Source: a virus. From it: 64,000 bases of DNA. The translations under genes were made by a program, and so were the position numbers. The stretch lies in the IMG/VR virus record IMGVR_UViG_3300032308_001684, positions 1 through 64,000 of that record. The stretch is one strand, 5' to 3'. The notes beneath the pieces are model-generated. The model had not been told where the DNA came from and did not search any database. It was given only the letters and a program-made list of their open reading frames with translations. Positions 11,336 to 22,021 of this stretch are shown here, piece after piece; positions within the stretch are counted from its first letter, which is position 1; every line of letters starts with the position of its first letter.

Positions 11336-12055
11336 ATGAAATTTTTTATATTAGGCGATAGTTGGGGTGTAGGTGAATGGACCAAAAAAAGCGGCATATT
11401 TGAATCAATACCTGACACTGGATTAGATTACCACCTTAGTCAACTTGGGCACACAGTAACAAACATATCAGCTGGATCAGCTGGAAACTTTGGTCAGCTT
11501 AGACAAGCCTATTGGACTCTTAAAGAAAATTCAGACTACGATTATATTATTTGGTTTCACACAGAATCCATGAGAGACATAGAAGAAATTATTATAAATG
11601 ACCCCAGCGAAGGTCAAAAATATTTTCCGGATTTTGATATAAGCAATTTTGAATCTGCACTAGATTATCTAGATTTTGAAAATTACAAATATGCACAAAC
11701 AATCACAGACGAATATAATATTCCTTTTATTGTGATTGGAGGTCAATGCCCAGTCAACCCAGTGATTAATCAATTTTCTTTTGCACAGCACATCATACAC
11801 AGCTGGCTGGCAGAATTGTTAAATTTAAATTTTACCCCACCAAAAAATACTTTTTTTTCATGGGATAAAATTAAAAGAATATTAGATCATTACAACGTCA
11901 ACGAAAAAGAATTTATTATTGACAATATCAATCAATTGGATCGTGCCAAAGAGATACAACAACTAGCTACAGAAAGTCCGTTGTTTCCGGATAACGGTCA
12001 TCCTTCAAGTGGTTGTTTAAAACAATTGGCACAGAGAATACTGGCGATAGTATGA
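11336..12055 (+). CDS. SGNH/GDSL hydrolase or acyltransferase-like protein
   Basis: GDSW at N-terminus, DNGHP at C-terminus. Confidence 0.7.
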   Translation: MKFFILGDSWGVGEWTKKSGIFESIPDTGLDYHLSQLGHTVTNISAGSAGNFGQLRQAYWTLKENSDYDYIIWFHTESMRDIEEIIINDPSEGQKYFPDFDISNFESALDYLDFENYKYAQTITDEYNIPFIVIGGQCPVNPVINQFSFAQHIIHSWLAELLNLNFTPPKNTFFSWDKIKRILDHYNVNEKEFIIDNINQLDRAKEIQQLATESPLFPDNGHPSSGCLKQLAQRILAIV

Positions 12056-12095
12056 CCAGCATGCATAAATTTACCATGGATACAGTAAGATTTTT

Positions 12096-13109
12096 GTGCA
12101 AATTATAATTGAACCAGGTCTAGCTCTCAACTATCTCAGGACCGACAATGATATCACTGTGGGAGGTCTTGCCACAACAGCTGACATCTATGTGATTAGT
12201 CTTAAAACACTAACACAACATTGGCCCAGGATTCATGACATACTGGAACTAGGCGGCCGTGTTATCATAGAAAAAACCGATGAAAGTGTAATAACCCAAT
12301 GGCACGTTATTCAGAATCAACGTTATCAGCCATGGATTTTGCAAGGTCGATTGAAATTCGTCACTGGCGGAGATGCACCCACCAACATTGATAATCTTAA
12401 TAGTGAACATTTTTTAGCCGCAACCATGGGCAGTCAACCCCATGGTATGCCCTTGCTAAATTACCAACCATATGCTAGACCTTATAAGTTTTTGTTTACT
12501 AACCGTAAAGTAAGACCTCACCGCAGATATCTCATACACAGATTGCATCAGGAAGGATTGCTTGCCAACTCATTATGGTGTAATCATGATGAACACACTA
12601 CCTGGTACCATTCAGATTTTAATGTTAACTATACCGATGAAAATATTCCAGTACAGCAGTTACCACAGGACTATGATCTCAAAGATCCTCCGCCCTGGGT
12701 CGATGGTGTGATAGTAAAACAACAGTTTTTGGATACATGGTTTACTTTGGTACCAGAAACTGTGTTTGAGTCGGGTGCTAGTTTTAGAACTGAAAAATTT
12801 TATAAACCAGTGCTGGCCGGTCATCCATTTGTGATCTGTGCCAATTCAGGATTTTATCGAGACTTGCACAATCTTGGATTTAGATCATTTGGCCACTTGA
12901 TTGATGAGAGCTTTGATGTTATAATAAATGGTAAAGACCGCATGGATAGATTGGTAAGCACTGTGCAATGGCTTTGTCAACAGGATCTAGCACAGTTTTG
13001 GAATGCAGCCAAGGAAGTGTGTTTATACAACCAGCATCGTGCTTTAGAGCTACATAATAGCCAGCACCATAGTTTTACACAACAGTTAAAAGAATTTACA
13101 AATGCCTAG
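12096..13109 (+). CDS. Glycosyltransferase-like protein (GT10-like paralogue)
   Basis: 'LVPET...FRTEKFYKPV...HPFV...LHNLGFRSF' motif. Confidence 0.5.
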   Translation: MQIIIEPGLALNYLRTDNDITVGGLATTADIYVISLKTLTQHWPRIHDILELGGRVIIEKTDESVITQWHVIQNQRYQPWILQGRLKFVTGGDAPTNIDNLNSEHFLAATMGSQPHGMPLLNYQPYARPYKFLFTNRKVRPHRRYLIHRLHQEGLLANSLWCNHDEHTTWYHSDFNVNYTDENIPVQQLPQDYDLKDPPPWVDGVIVKQQFLDTWFTLVPETVFESGASFRTEKFYKPVLAGHPFVICANSGFYRDLHNLGFRSFGHLIDESFDVIINGKDRMDRLVSTVQWLCQQDLAQFWNAAKEVCLYNQHRALELHNSQHHSFTQQLKEFTNA

Positions 13110-14460
13110 ACTAAACAACGAAACAGATCTTGAATACAAACGCAGAGTAATTGACATCAAGTCAGATTCATTCTGTGCGGCCAAATGGTACAACGCTACC
13201 ATATGGTTGGGATCAGGCATGACCACAAGCTGTCATCATCCACTGCCACACCGTGTTGAAGTAGCCGACGTTGAAGCCAATCCCAAGGCATTACACAATA
13301 CTGCTAAGAAAAAAGCAGAGCGTGAAATGATGCAACGTGGTGAACGCCCACAAGGATGTGAGTATTGTTGGAAGATTGAAGATATTGGGCGAGACAATGT
13401 ATCTGATCGAGTGTATAAAACTGTGCTGTATTTAGATGAGGATTTACAACATGCTTTTCAGACTCCAGCCAGTGAAGATGTGGATTTGCAAACACTGGAA
13501 ATTGCTTTCGATAGAACTTGTCAGTTTGCTTGTTCTTATTGCAATCCGGCATTCTCAAGCACATGGGTGCGTGATATCAAGCAACACGGAGCCTACCAAG
13601 GACTGATCAGCGATGGGCGAAATCATTTCACTCACACACACGATTCTGCACAACGCTACACCATCAATGATGTAAACCCTTATGTAGAAGCATTTTTTAA
13701 ATGGTGGGAGTCCGACCTACACCGCACACTCAAAGAACTACGCATCACTGGAGGTGAACCATTGATGTCAGGCTACACATGGCAGTTGCTGGATTGGTTC
13801 AAGGTCAACAAAGGCCGATCACAAACACGATTAGCTATAAATTCAAATCTAGGTATGAGTACCGAAGACGTGATTAAATTGCTAGACAGGGCCGACGGAG
13901 TTGAGTTGGATTTATATACATCTAATGAAAGTCTCACAAATCATGCAGAATATATTCGCGATGGTCTAGAGTGGACACAATGGATTACCAACATGCACAT
14001 GCTGGCCGGCAGTGGCAGACTTCGCGGACTACATGTAATGTGTACTGTCAACGCACTGTGCCTTGAATCATTGCCAGAGTTTTTGGATCTCATGCTGGAA
14101 TTCAAACAACAATATGGTAGAGACTTTCCAACTTTTACATTGAACATTTTGCGTTTTCCAAGTTTTCAGTCGCCATTGATATTGCCTGACAATATACGAC
14201 AAGCTCAAGGTAATAAATTACAAGCATGGTACAACGTCAACAAACACAGTGACTTATTGCATCAGATGGAACTTAATCAGGTACAGCGATTAATAGATTA
14301 TCTTGACGTGGTCAAAACACCACATTCAGACACATTTGATCGTGCAAGTTTGTACAACGATTTCAAGCAATTTCACGAACAGTACGATCAACGTCGCGGA
14401 AAAGATTTCCGCAAAACATTTCCTTCATTGGCCACATGGTATGACTCAATACAAGTATAA
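13102..14460 (+). CDS. Radical SAM enzyme, paralogue of 7957..9384
   Basis: CQFACSYC, TGGEP, CEYC. Confidence 0.9.
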   Translation: MPRLNNETDLEYKRRVIDIKSDSFCAAKWYNATIWLGSGMTTSCHHPLPHRVEVADVEANPKALHNTAKKKAEREMMQRGERPQGCEYCWKIEDIGRDNVSDRVYKTVLYLDEDLQHAFQTPASEDVDLQTLEIAFDRTCQFACSYCNPAFSSTWVRDIKQHGAYQGLISDGRNHFTHTHDSAQRYTINDVNPYVEAFFKWWESDLHRTLKELRITGGEPLMSGYTWQLLDWFKVNKGRSQTRLAINSNLGMSTEDVIKLLDRADGVELDLYTSNESLTNHAEYIRDGLEWTQWITNMHMLAGSGRLRGLHVMCTVNALCLESLPEFLDLMLEFKQQYGRDFPTFTLNILRFPSFQSPLILPDNIRQAQGNKLQAWYNVNKHSDLLHQMELNQVQRLIDYLDVVKTPHSDTFDRASLYNDFKQFHEQYDQRRGKDFRKTFPSLATWYDSIQV

Positions 14461-15703
14461 CTCAGCAGATCTGGTTCGTCCAGTTGAACTTACAGAACGT
14501 GAAGAATTCTTATTAAAGGATTCAAAAACATTCTGCATCTATCCGTGGATACACTTACACGCTTACCCCACAGGCGAAGCCTATCCCTGCTGTCATGCTG
14601 AAATGGCCTATCCTGTGGGCAATGCCCGCTTTAAAACATTAGAAGAAATTTATCGTGATGCACCCATGCGCGAACTACGCAAGGATATGTTGAATGAGCG
14701 GCCAAACCCTGCATGCGGCCGCTGTTACGAACAAGAAGAGTCTGGATTCTTCAGTGGTCGACGCAGTGCCAACAAGCATCACGGACATCACGTCAAACGC
14801 ATAGATGATGACAAGTTCCAGATGAGTTATTGGGACATACGTTTCAGTAACTTGTGCAATCTCAGTTGCCGTAGCTGTGGGCATATCTTTAGCTCAAGTT
14901 GGTATCAAGATCAAGCCAAGTTGGCCGGTGGGGATTGGAAAGATCGTAACCAAGTGCTGAACTTTGCTGGACGCACAGAAATTGACATGTGGGAACAGTT
15001 GGTACCTCACTTGGATTATGTAGAGCAGATTTATTTTGCTGGCGGCGAACCGCTGATGATGGCTGAACACTATAATATTTTAGATGAACTAGAACGTCGT
15101 GGACGTTTTGATGTACGTCTAATATACAATACTAATTTTACACACACCAAACTCAAAGATCGAGAAGTATTTGACTATTGGCGCAAATTTAAAAGTGTAG
15201 CAGTTGGCGCAAGTCTGGATGCCATGGGTCCGCGGGCAGAGTACATACGTCGAGGCACCAACTGGGATCAAGTTGAACGCAATCGTGAAAAAATGATAGA
15301 AGTATGCCCCGACGTGGATTTTTATATCAGCCCCACACTCAGTATCATGAATGCCCTGCATTTGCCTGATTTTCACCGTGACTGGACTGAACGTGGTCTG
15401 ATACGTGCTCAAGATCTCAATGTCAATATTCTTCAAGATCCTGCGCACTATCGTATTGATATTGCACCAATGAATTACAAGCAACGAGTTAAACAAAAAT
15501 TTGAAGAACACATCAATTGGTTACGTCCGCAAGATTCTCTACAGAGAGCCACTGTTGGGTTTGAATCAGCAATCAACTTTCTGATGTCCACAGACAACAC
15601 TCATCTCATTGACACATTTTGGCGCAAAACACACGAACTTGATTCTATTAGAGGTGAGCAAATATCCAACATTATACCTGAACTAGAAATACTAAAAATA
15701 TGA
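14441..15703 (+). CDS. Radical SAM enzyme with twitch/SPASM-like domain
   Basis: FCIYPW...PCC, CGRC, CNLSCRSC, AGGEP; start placed at MTQYK. Confidence 0.9.
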   Translation: MTQYKYNSADLVRPVELTEREEFLLKDSKTFCIYPWIHLHAYPTGEAYPCCHAEMAYPVGNARFKTLEEIYRDAPMRELRKDMLNERPNPACGRCYEQEESGFFSGRRSANKHHGHHVKRIDDDKFQMSYWDIRFSNLCNLSCRSCGHIFSSSWYQDQAKLAGGDWKDRNQVLNFAGRTEIDMWEQLVPHLDYVEQIYFAGGEPLMMAEHYNILDELERRGRFDVRLIYNTNFTHTKLKDREVFDYWRKFKSVAVGASLDAMGPRAEYIRRGTNWDQVERNREKMIEVCPDVDFYISPTLSIMNALHLPDFHRDWTERGLIRAQDLNVNILQDPAHYRIDIAPMNYKQRVKQKFEEHINWLRPQDSLQRATVGFESAINFLMSTDNTHLIDTFWRKTHELDSIRGEQISNIIPELEILKI

Positions 15704-16908
15704 AAATTCCACACGATAAATTTTGTGTATTGCCCTGGGTGTCAATTGAAGCCAGTCCCATTGGCACAGTAAGACCTTGCTGTCTGGCCACAGACGAAAT
15801 AGTTGATGACACAGGAAATAAGTTTAAACTTAGTCAAGCATCTTTTGAAGACATACAAAACAGTCAACACATGCAGTCACTTCGACAAGAGTTTCTAGAT
15901 GGTAAACAACCACAGACTTGTCGTCGTTGCTGGAATGAAGAACGTGCTGGCCGTACCTCCAAGCGTATGCACACACTGGATAGACTCAAGCACATGGGAA
16001 TCAGTGACAACTGGACCACAGATGCCAAGCCCTTGATGTTTTTGGATCTCAAACTAGGAAACATCTGCAACCTTAAATGTCGCATCTGTGGATCATGGTC
16101 CAGCTCACAGTTTGCCACAGAAGAGCTCAACTTCATTATAGACAAGGAAGAAAAGAAAACATCATTTCATTATCAGATGTTGAGAGATGGTGCCTGGCCT
16201 AGAGAGAGTGAACAGTTTTGGGCACAGCTAGACTCTGCAATGAGTGAAGTTCGATACATTGAATTCACTGGTGGTGAACCATTCATGATCAAAGAACATT
16301 TTGATCTGTTGAAAAAATTAATCGAACGTAACTACGCACATCAAATTGAAATACACTACAATACCAACGGCACACAGTATCCAGAAGAGGCTGAAGAAAT
16401 TTGGCAGTATTTCAAACATGTTGAAGTTGCATTCAGCATCGATGATGTAGGTGCTAGATTTGAATATCAACGTACCAATGCAGTCTGGTCTGAAGTTTGT
16501 GAAAATATTGCTCGCTTTAGAGACATGCGCGATCGTAATCTAAATATGAGTCTACAGGTATGTTGTACAGTGAATGTGTTTAATGTGATGTATCTTGAAG
16601 ATGTGGCAAATTGGATTGACACACAAGATTTTGATTTTGTGTATTGGAACATGTTACACGATGCTTATTATTTCAGCATAGGTACCATGCCCACAGAGGC
16701 CAAGCATGTGGCTACCGCAAGATTACAACACGCCAATATTCCAGAAAAGTTCAGAGCTGAGATTGGTCGCATCATAGACTTTATGAACAACGGTGTCAGT
16801 CTGGATGGACAATTATTACGTATGAAGATTGAAGATCTTGATTTCAAAAGAAAACAGCAACTAGTGGATTATCTGCCTGACCTGGCACATGCAATCGAAT
16901 ATGAATAA
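15700..16908 (+). CDS. Radical SAM enzyme with twitch/SPASM-like domain
   Basis: FCVLPW...PCC, CRRC, CNLKCRIC, TGGEP. Confidence 0.9.
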   Translation: MKIPHDKFCVLPWVSIEASPIGTVRPCCLATDEIVDDTGNKFKLSQASFEDIQNSQHMQSLRQEFLDGKQPQTCRRCWNEERAGRTSKRMHTLDRLKHMGISDNWTTDAKPLMFLDLKLGNICNLKCRICGSWSSSQFATEELNFIIDKEEKKTSFHYQMLRDGAWPRESEQFWAQLDSAMSEVRYIEFTGGEPFMIKEHFDLLKKLIERNYAHQIEIHYNTNGTQYPEEAEEIWQYFKHVEVAFSIDDVGARFEYQRTNAVWSEVCENIARFRDMRDRNLNMSLQVCCTVNVFNVMYLEDVANWIDTQDFDFVYWNMLHDAYYFSIGTMPTEAKHVATARLQHANIPEKFRAEIGRIIDFMNNGVSLDGQLLRMKIEDLDFKRKQQLVDYLPDLAHAIEYE

Positions 16909-18202
16909 GCCAGAAACACTGTGCATGGCACCGTGGACGCACACTTACCTTAGTCCACAAACAGAACGCAGACTGTGTTGTGCGTCACGTGAACCTGCAC
17001 AAAATTTTGAGCAGTACATAGACACTGCCGCTGGCACAGGTCGATACATTCCTGTGACACTGGAACAACATTGGAACAGCGAGCACATGCGATCAGTACG
17101 TCAACGTATGATGTCTGGGGAAACCTTGCCTGAATGTGATGTATGCAACAGCAAACTATTAAATACAGACGTCTATCGCAGTTATTTTTGGGGGTTGTTT
17201 GGTCACAAATATGATGAAGCCATGCAGTCAACTACTCCAGATGGATTCACCACAATGAAACCTGTGAGCTGGGATTATAGATTTAGTAATCTCTGCAACT
17301 TTAAATGTCGGATGTGCGGAGATATGTTGTCAAGCTCTTGGGAAACTGAGCAACGACGGCATGACATGATTGATTGGGCCAATCCTAAAAACAACTGGAT
17401 GCGCCCTGAAGTCAAGCGTGAAATCACACAGTTCCAAGACACACAGATAGAAGCAGAGTTTGCTGAAGCAGTAGAACAACATCGTATAGAAGAAATCTAC
17501 TGGGTAGGCGGAGAGCCGCTGATGTATGAACAACATTGGCGCTATATGAAAAGAATTATTGAATTAAATGATGGACCAAAACTTTATGCAAGATACAACA
17601 CTAACCTTTCTCGTGTGGACTATAATGGCTGCAATCTTTATAGTGATTTGCTGGCAAATATACGTGACTGGCAAATCTGCGCCAGCATCGACGGAACAGG
17701 ACAAGTCGGAGAATACATCAGAACCGGTCTGGCCTGGCCCGTATTTTTAGAAAACTTCCGTCGCGGTTTAGAAATTGCACGGCACCGCAGACAAATGCGT
17801 CTGGACTTTACGCTGACATTGCCTGGCTTGTTTGAAGTAGATGCAATGCAACGCACGGCTGACGAACTAGGCGTTGATATTCTAGCCAAAGTGGTATTTG
17901 CTTTTACACCTGACATTGTAATGAGTCCGTTGGCTTTGCCCAGAGACATATTGAATCGTAAAGTTGATGAACTGGTACCGTTGACACGCGGTGCTTTACA
18001 AGATGTACTACTGCAACTCAAGCAAAGACCCACGTTTGCGGAACAATGGCCAGATCAATATCAACAAGGTCTTGCACAAGGCAAGGCTCGTGTGTTAAAA
18101 TTAGAACACATAAGAAATGATTCATTTACAATGAACAACATATTGGAAAAAGATGCAGACATACATCGCTGGTGGCAAGACATTAGACCAAGTAACAATT
18201 GA
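16901..18202 (+). CDS. Radical SAM enzyme with twitch/SPASM-like domain
   Basis: CMAPW...LCC, CDVC, CNFKCRMC, VGGEP. Confidence 0.9.
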   Translation: MNKPETLCMAPWTHTYLSPQTERRLCCASREPAQNFEQYIDTAAGTGRYIPVTLEQHWNSEHMRSVRQRMMSGETLPECDVCNSKLLNTDVYRSYFWGLFGHKYDEAMQSTTPDGFTTMKPVSWDYRFSNLCNFKCRMCGDMLSSSWETEQRRHDMIDWANPKNNWMRPEVKREITQFQDTQIEAEFAEAVEQHRIEEIYWVGGEPLMYEQHWRYMKRIIELNDGPKLYARYNTNLSRVDYNGCNLYSDLLANIRDWQICASIDGTGQVGEYIRTGLAWPVFLENFRRGLEIARHRRQMRLDFTLTLPGLFEVDAMQRTADELGVDILAKVVFAFTPDIVMSPLALPRDILNRKVDELVPLTRGALQDVLLQLKQRPTFAEQWPDQYQQGLAQGKARVLKLEHIRNDSFTMNNILEKDADIHRWWQDIRPSNN

Positions 18203-19253
18203 GCTTAAGAACAGACAAACACAAGAGTTGTTTCCTGTTCGTATCAATGTGTTTGATAATTCGTTGAGTCACAAGTGGCTCACGGCTCTCAATGACGTAC
18301 TTCGTAACAACTATCATTTAGAAAAAAACTACTGCTTTTTTGGATTTGTTGACCACAAACGCAATGGGTGGCATATACTCAACGAAGTAAACCGTAGCAT
18401 TGATGCCATCAACCAGGCCAATCTAGGATATCAAATTGACGATTATTTTGATATGTCAAATACTATCACAGACGAGCCCTTGGATGGTCGCACAGCAGGT
18501 CGTAATATACGTCAAGAAAAACTCAACTGGTTACACAGATACTTTGAAGATCTTCAAGGAGTCAGTGGTGCTCCCAAAGAGTATTACCTACGTGCCAATG
18601 CTGAAACACGTTGGCATATACGACAACTCAATCTACTGTGTCATGAATTTGAATCCTGGGCATTGAGCTATCGTAAACAAATAGAAGCACCCGAGTGGCA
18701 ACGTCCCAGTCAATTGATGTGCTGGTTAAATGCGCCTAGATTTGTGCTAGATGAAAAAGACTATGAGTTGTTTGGTATTGAAACAATCAACCGGCCGCTG
18801 GGCGGAGTATTTGTTGGAGTAAACAAAGCCGTGGGCAAGCATCATTGGGAGGTGTTTCAAGATGAAGGCCGAGACAGCAGAGTTGGAGAGTTGATATCAA
18901 CTACGCTTCGAAGTCAAACTGAAGCCGCCGGCGACTTTGACATAGAATGGGCCAACAATCCTGGCAACTATGAATGGCAAAAAATACGGCTTAAAGAGTT
19001 TAGAGAGTGGTTGCTGATCAACGGGTTTGATCCCGAGGATCCTGCGTTGACCATTGGGCATCCACAGGTCGGACAAGTTGATCTCATTGATACTTTCTGG
19101 ACAAATGATTATCAGGCCATCTGGAGTCGTTTAAATACACAACTTGATGTGTACAGCGTGAGTACCACGGATGCTCGTGCTGTGTATGATTACTGCTGGA
19201 GTGACCGCAATTACGCACAACAACAAATTGACATTATAGGAAATACAAAATGA
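18153..19253 (+). CDS. Hypothetical protein in the modification cluster (start uncertain)
   Basis: Long ORF within the operon; no family recognised. Confidence 0.65.
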   Translation: MQTYIAGGKTLDQVTIELKNRQTQELFPVRINVFDNSLSHKWLTALNDVLRNNYHLEKNYCFFGFVDHKRNGWHILNEVNRSIDAINQANLGYQIDDYFDMSNTITDEPLDGRTAGRNIRQEKLNWLHRYFEDLQGVSGAPKEYYLRANAETRWHIRQLNLLCHEFESWALSYRKQIEAPEWQRPSQLMCWLNAPRFVLDEKDYELFGIETINRPLGGVFVGVNKAVGKHHWEVFQDEGRDSRVGELISTTLRSQTEAAGDFDIEWANNPGNYEWQKIRLKEFREWLLINGFDPEDPALTIGHPQVGQVDLIDTFWTNDYQAIWSRLNTQLDVYSVSTTDARAVYDYCWSDRNYAQQQIDIIGNTK

Positions 19254-19351
19254 AATGGTTACGCAACTTGATCAATAGAATCAAACTTGAAATACGCTAT
19301 CGTAAAAAACTAAAAGAACTTCGTAAACGAGATCCTTTTATCTATAAATGA
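19250..19351 (+). CDS. 33-aa basic peptide MKWLRNLINRIKLEIRYRKKLKELRKRDPFIYK
   Basis: ATGA overlaps at both ends (translational coupling) directly before the carbamoyltransferase. Confidence 0.7.
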   Translation: MKWLRNLINRIKLEIRYRKKLKELRKRDPFIYK

Positions 19352-20835
19352 AACATATCTTAGGTATTAGTGCAGGGTTCCATGATGCCGCAGTCACTGT
19401 CATTGACTCGGATGGTGAAATAGTCTTTGCTGGCCACTCAGAACGCTATAGTAAAAAGAAAAATGATGCCACTATTGCCCCAGAGTTGCTACAAGAACTC
19501 TGTCAGTGGGACTACGATACCGTAGCGTTCTACGAACGTCCATGGGTACACAATGTTCAACAGATTTACTCTGGACAACGACACTTTGGTCCTTGGACCA
19601 CCAGAGGTGCATTAAAACAACACCTTGGCTCATGGTATCAAACTCCGGCTCGCAGAGAAGTTAGTTTTAATCATCATCTAAGTCATGCGGCCGCTGGGTT
19701 TCAAACAAGTCCGTACAACAGTGCAGTGGTCGTGGTCATAGATGCCATTGGCGAACTAGATACCATAAGCATATTTCAAGCGCACTACAATAACAAAGGG
19801 CAGGCACAATATAAACGAGTTTGGCGGCAACGATATCCGCATAGCATTGGATTATTTTATAGTGCAATGACAGATCGTGTGGGTTTACGACCCATGGACG
19901 AAGAATATATTACCATGGGCATGGCCGCCTGGGGTCAGGACTCTTGGTATTCTGCGCTGTACAATCGTGTGGTCAGAGATCCAAAAAACATTGAACTAAC
20001 CGAAAACTTTCACATAGGCGTCGAATCAACGTTTTTAGAAGCAGCCACTCATGAGGATATTGCTTGCGCCGCACAGATGGTGGCCGAAGACCTCATAATG
20101 AATGTGATGAAAAAAGCTAAAGAGCTCACAGGAGAAACTAATCTTGTGTACATGGGCGGTGTTGCCCTAAATTGTTTGGCAAATAGAAACCTAGGAAATT
20201 ATTTTGATAACATTTGGATTATGCCTAATCCTGGCGATGCTGGTAGTAGTCTGGGCAGTGCGGCGCTGGCTTACGGAAAACAGATACATTGGAAAAACGC
20301 CTTTCTTGGTCACAACATTCCTGGTGCTTACCCTGTCAATGGTATTATTGACGAGCTTTTGGTCAATAAAATTGTTGGTGTGGCCAGTGGTCGTGCAGAG
20401 TTTGGTCCCCGAGCCCTGGGCAACAGAAGTCTGCTCGCAGATCCAAGAGGCTCGGAGATAAAAGATCAAGTAAATGAAATCAAACGTAGACAACAGTTTA
20501 GGCCGTTTGCTCCTGTAATACTTGAAGAATGTGTCAATGACTACTTTGAAATGCCTTCAAGTTACACATCCAGTCCGTACATGCAGGTAGTGGCACGTTG
20601 TCGACATCCTGATCAGTTTCCGGCAATCATTCACGTAGATGGTACCAGCCGTGTACAAACTGTGAGTAAAGATTGTGGATCGGGCATTCGACAACTGTTA
20701 GAGCGGTGGTATGTGGAAACAGGATGTCCTATGTTGCTCAACACCAGTCTCAACATCAGAGGTGAACCCATGGTCAACGATCGAGCGGATGCTGATCGTT
20801 TTGAACAACTGTATGGTGTAAAAGTTTGTAGTTAG
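19348..20835 (+). CDS. O-carbamoyltransferase (NodU/CmcH/TobZ family)
   Basis: ILGISAGFHDAA, HHLSHAA, GGVALNC, EFGPRALGNRS, FRPFAP, LNTSLN. Confidence 0.93.
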   Translation: MKHILGISAGFHDAAVTVIDSDGEIVFAGHSERYSKKKNDATIAPELLQELCQWDYDTVAFYERPWVHNVQQIYSGQRHFGPWTTRGALKQHLGSWYQTPARREVSFNHHLSHAAAGFQTSPYNSAVVVVIDAIGELDTISIFQAHYNNKGQAQYKRVWRQRYPHSIGLFYSAMTDRVGLRPMDEEYITMGMAAWGQDSWYSALYNRVVRDPKNIELTENFHIGVESTFLEAATHEDIACAAQMVAEDLIMNVMKKAKELTGETNLVYMGGVALNCLANRNLGNYFDNIWIMPNPGDAGSSLGSAALAYGKQIHWKNAFLGHNIPGAYPVNGIIDELLVNKIVGVASGRAEFGPRALGNRSLLADPRGSEIKDQVNEIKRRQQFRPFAPVILEECVNDYFEMPSSYTSSPYMQVVARCRHPDQFPAIIHVDGTSRVQTVSKDCGSGIRQLLERWYVETGCPMLLNTSLNIRGEPMVNDRADADRFEQLYGVKVCS

Positions 20836-20996
20836 TTCCAGTGTCTGATTACACCCGCAATAATAAATGCATTGGTAATCAAGTAACTAATAACAATTAA
20901 AGAGCGAATCATGGCCACACGATCCGCTTCTTGTTTTGTAGCTCCAGCCTTTTCGCCCAAAGCCTTGGCCCATAATCTCCAAAACCGACGAATCAT
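20832..20996 (-). CDS. Small membrane protein (MIRRFWRLWAKALGEK...)
   Basis: Coupled to the amidinotransferase stop; C-terminal hydrophobic helix. Confidence 0.55.
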   Translation of the reverse strand: MIRRFWRLWAKALGEKAGATKQEADRVAMIRSLIVISYLITNAFIIAGVIRHWN

Positions 20997-22021
20997 AGAT
21001 ATGTTTCTAAGCCGCCGCGACGACGAATATCTTGGGTACAACAACTTACACCCCCATCCCAAAAGTAACTGTGTCGTAGCTCGCTGATGATGGGTTCAAT
21101 CTTGTGCCGGCCACAGAAGTCAAACACTTCTTTGTTGTAGGCTGAAAAGATAACATGGCTTTCGTCTAGCACCAAACAGTTAACGTCAAACACAGTTTCG
21201 CTGACAAAGCCTGTCCATTTCTTGAGATAGGTATCTACAAATTTAGTAAACTGTTCTGTGGGAGTTTGTCCTTGTACATACCAGGCTCCGTTAAAATTTT
21301 CTTCCTTGAATTTGCCAACTTCCATGGCAGCCCAAATGCTCGAATCCCATATTTTACAAACATCCCATCCTGGAAAGTCGTTGGCAAGATCTAAGTTTAC
21401 ATCATGCTTGCTACTCAATATAACACCAGGCTTGAGAATGGCAAATACAGCATCACCGTGTCCGTCAGTGATAGCTTCGTGAATGCGATAGTCTGGCCCC
21501 AATACATTATCTACAATCCAACGAGTTTGTTCTGGTTTAAGAAAGTCTGAGTTGTCAAAAAATACATCTTGCCCTACACGCACAATACAACTGGCTGATG
21601 CACCGTTGAGTATACAGTTGGGATCCCATGTTCCGTTGTGTGGGTCTACCACTTGATCTCCGTACAGCGCACAGATATCATTGAGTTCAGCCACTGGTAA
21701 CACACGTAGCAATTTATCTCCCAATGTGATTTGCCAGTCTCTTGGGGTAAGAGGTGGGAGAGGAGCACCATCTCCAGACGTTTGCCAAGTTTGAAACTGA
21801 TCTTTGTTTGGCAAATTGGGACGACGTACTGTGGCGCCATAGGTTTCTATTGTGCGTTGAAGATTGTTTAAGTCTTCAGCAGTCTCCAACAATATGTGTT
21901 GTAGTTGATTTCTTACCTGATGGTCGTCAATGAAATCAAAGTATTCTGGATCGTAGGCACGACCCACTATGACCTCTTCAAGAGGCTGCCAACTGGTATA
22001 ACTGTTTACGATATTTGTCAT
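20993..22021 (-). CDS. Amidinotransferase (glycine/inosamine-phosphate amidinotransferase family)
   Basis: 'SYTSWQPLEEVIVGR', PRD, HGD, C-terminal 'GGVSCCTQDIRR' catalytic Cys region. Confidence 0.85.
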   Translation of the reverse strand: MTNIVNSYTSWQPLEEVIVGRAYDPEYFDFIDDHQVRNQLQHILLETAEDLNNLQRTIETYGATVRRPNLPNKDQFQTWQTSGDGAPLPPLTPRDWQITLGDKLLRVLPVAELNDICALYGDQVVDPHNGTWDPNCILNGASASCIVRVGQDVFFDNSDFLKPEQTRWIVDNVLGPDYRIHEAITDGHGDAVFAILKPGVILSSKHDVNLDLANDFPGWDVCKIWDSSIWAAMEVGKFKEENFNGAWYVQGQTPTEQFTKFVDTYLKKWTGFVSETVFDVNCLVLDESHVIFSAYNKEVFDFCGRHKIEPIISELRHSYFWDGGVSCCTQDIRRRGGLETYL

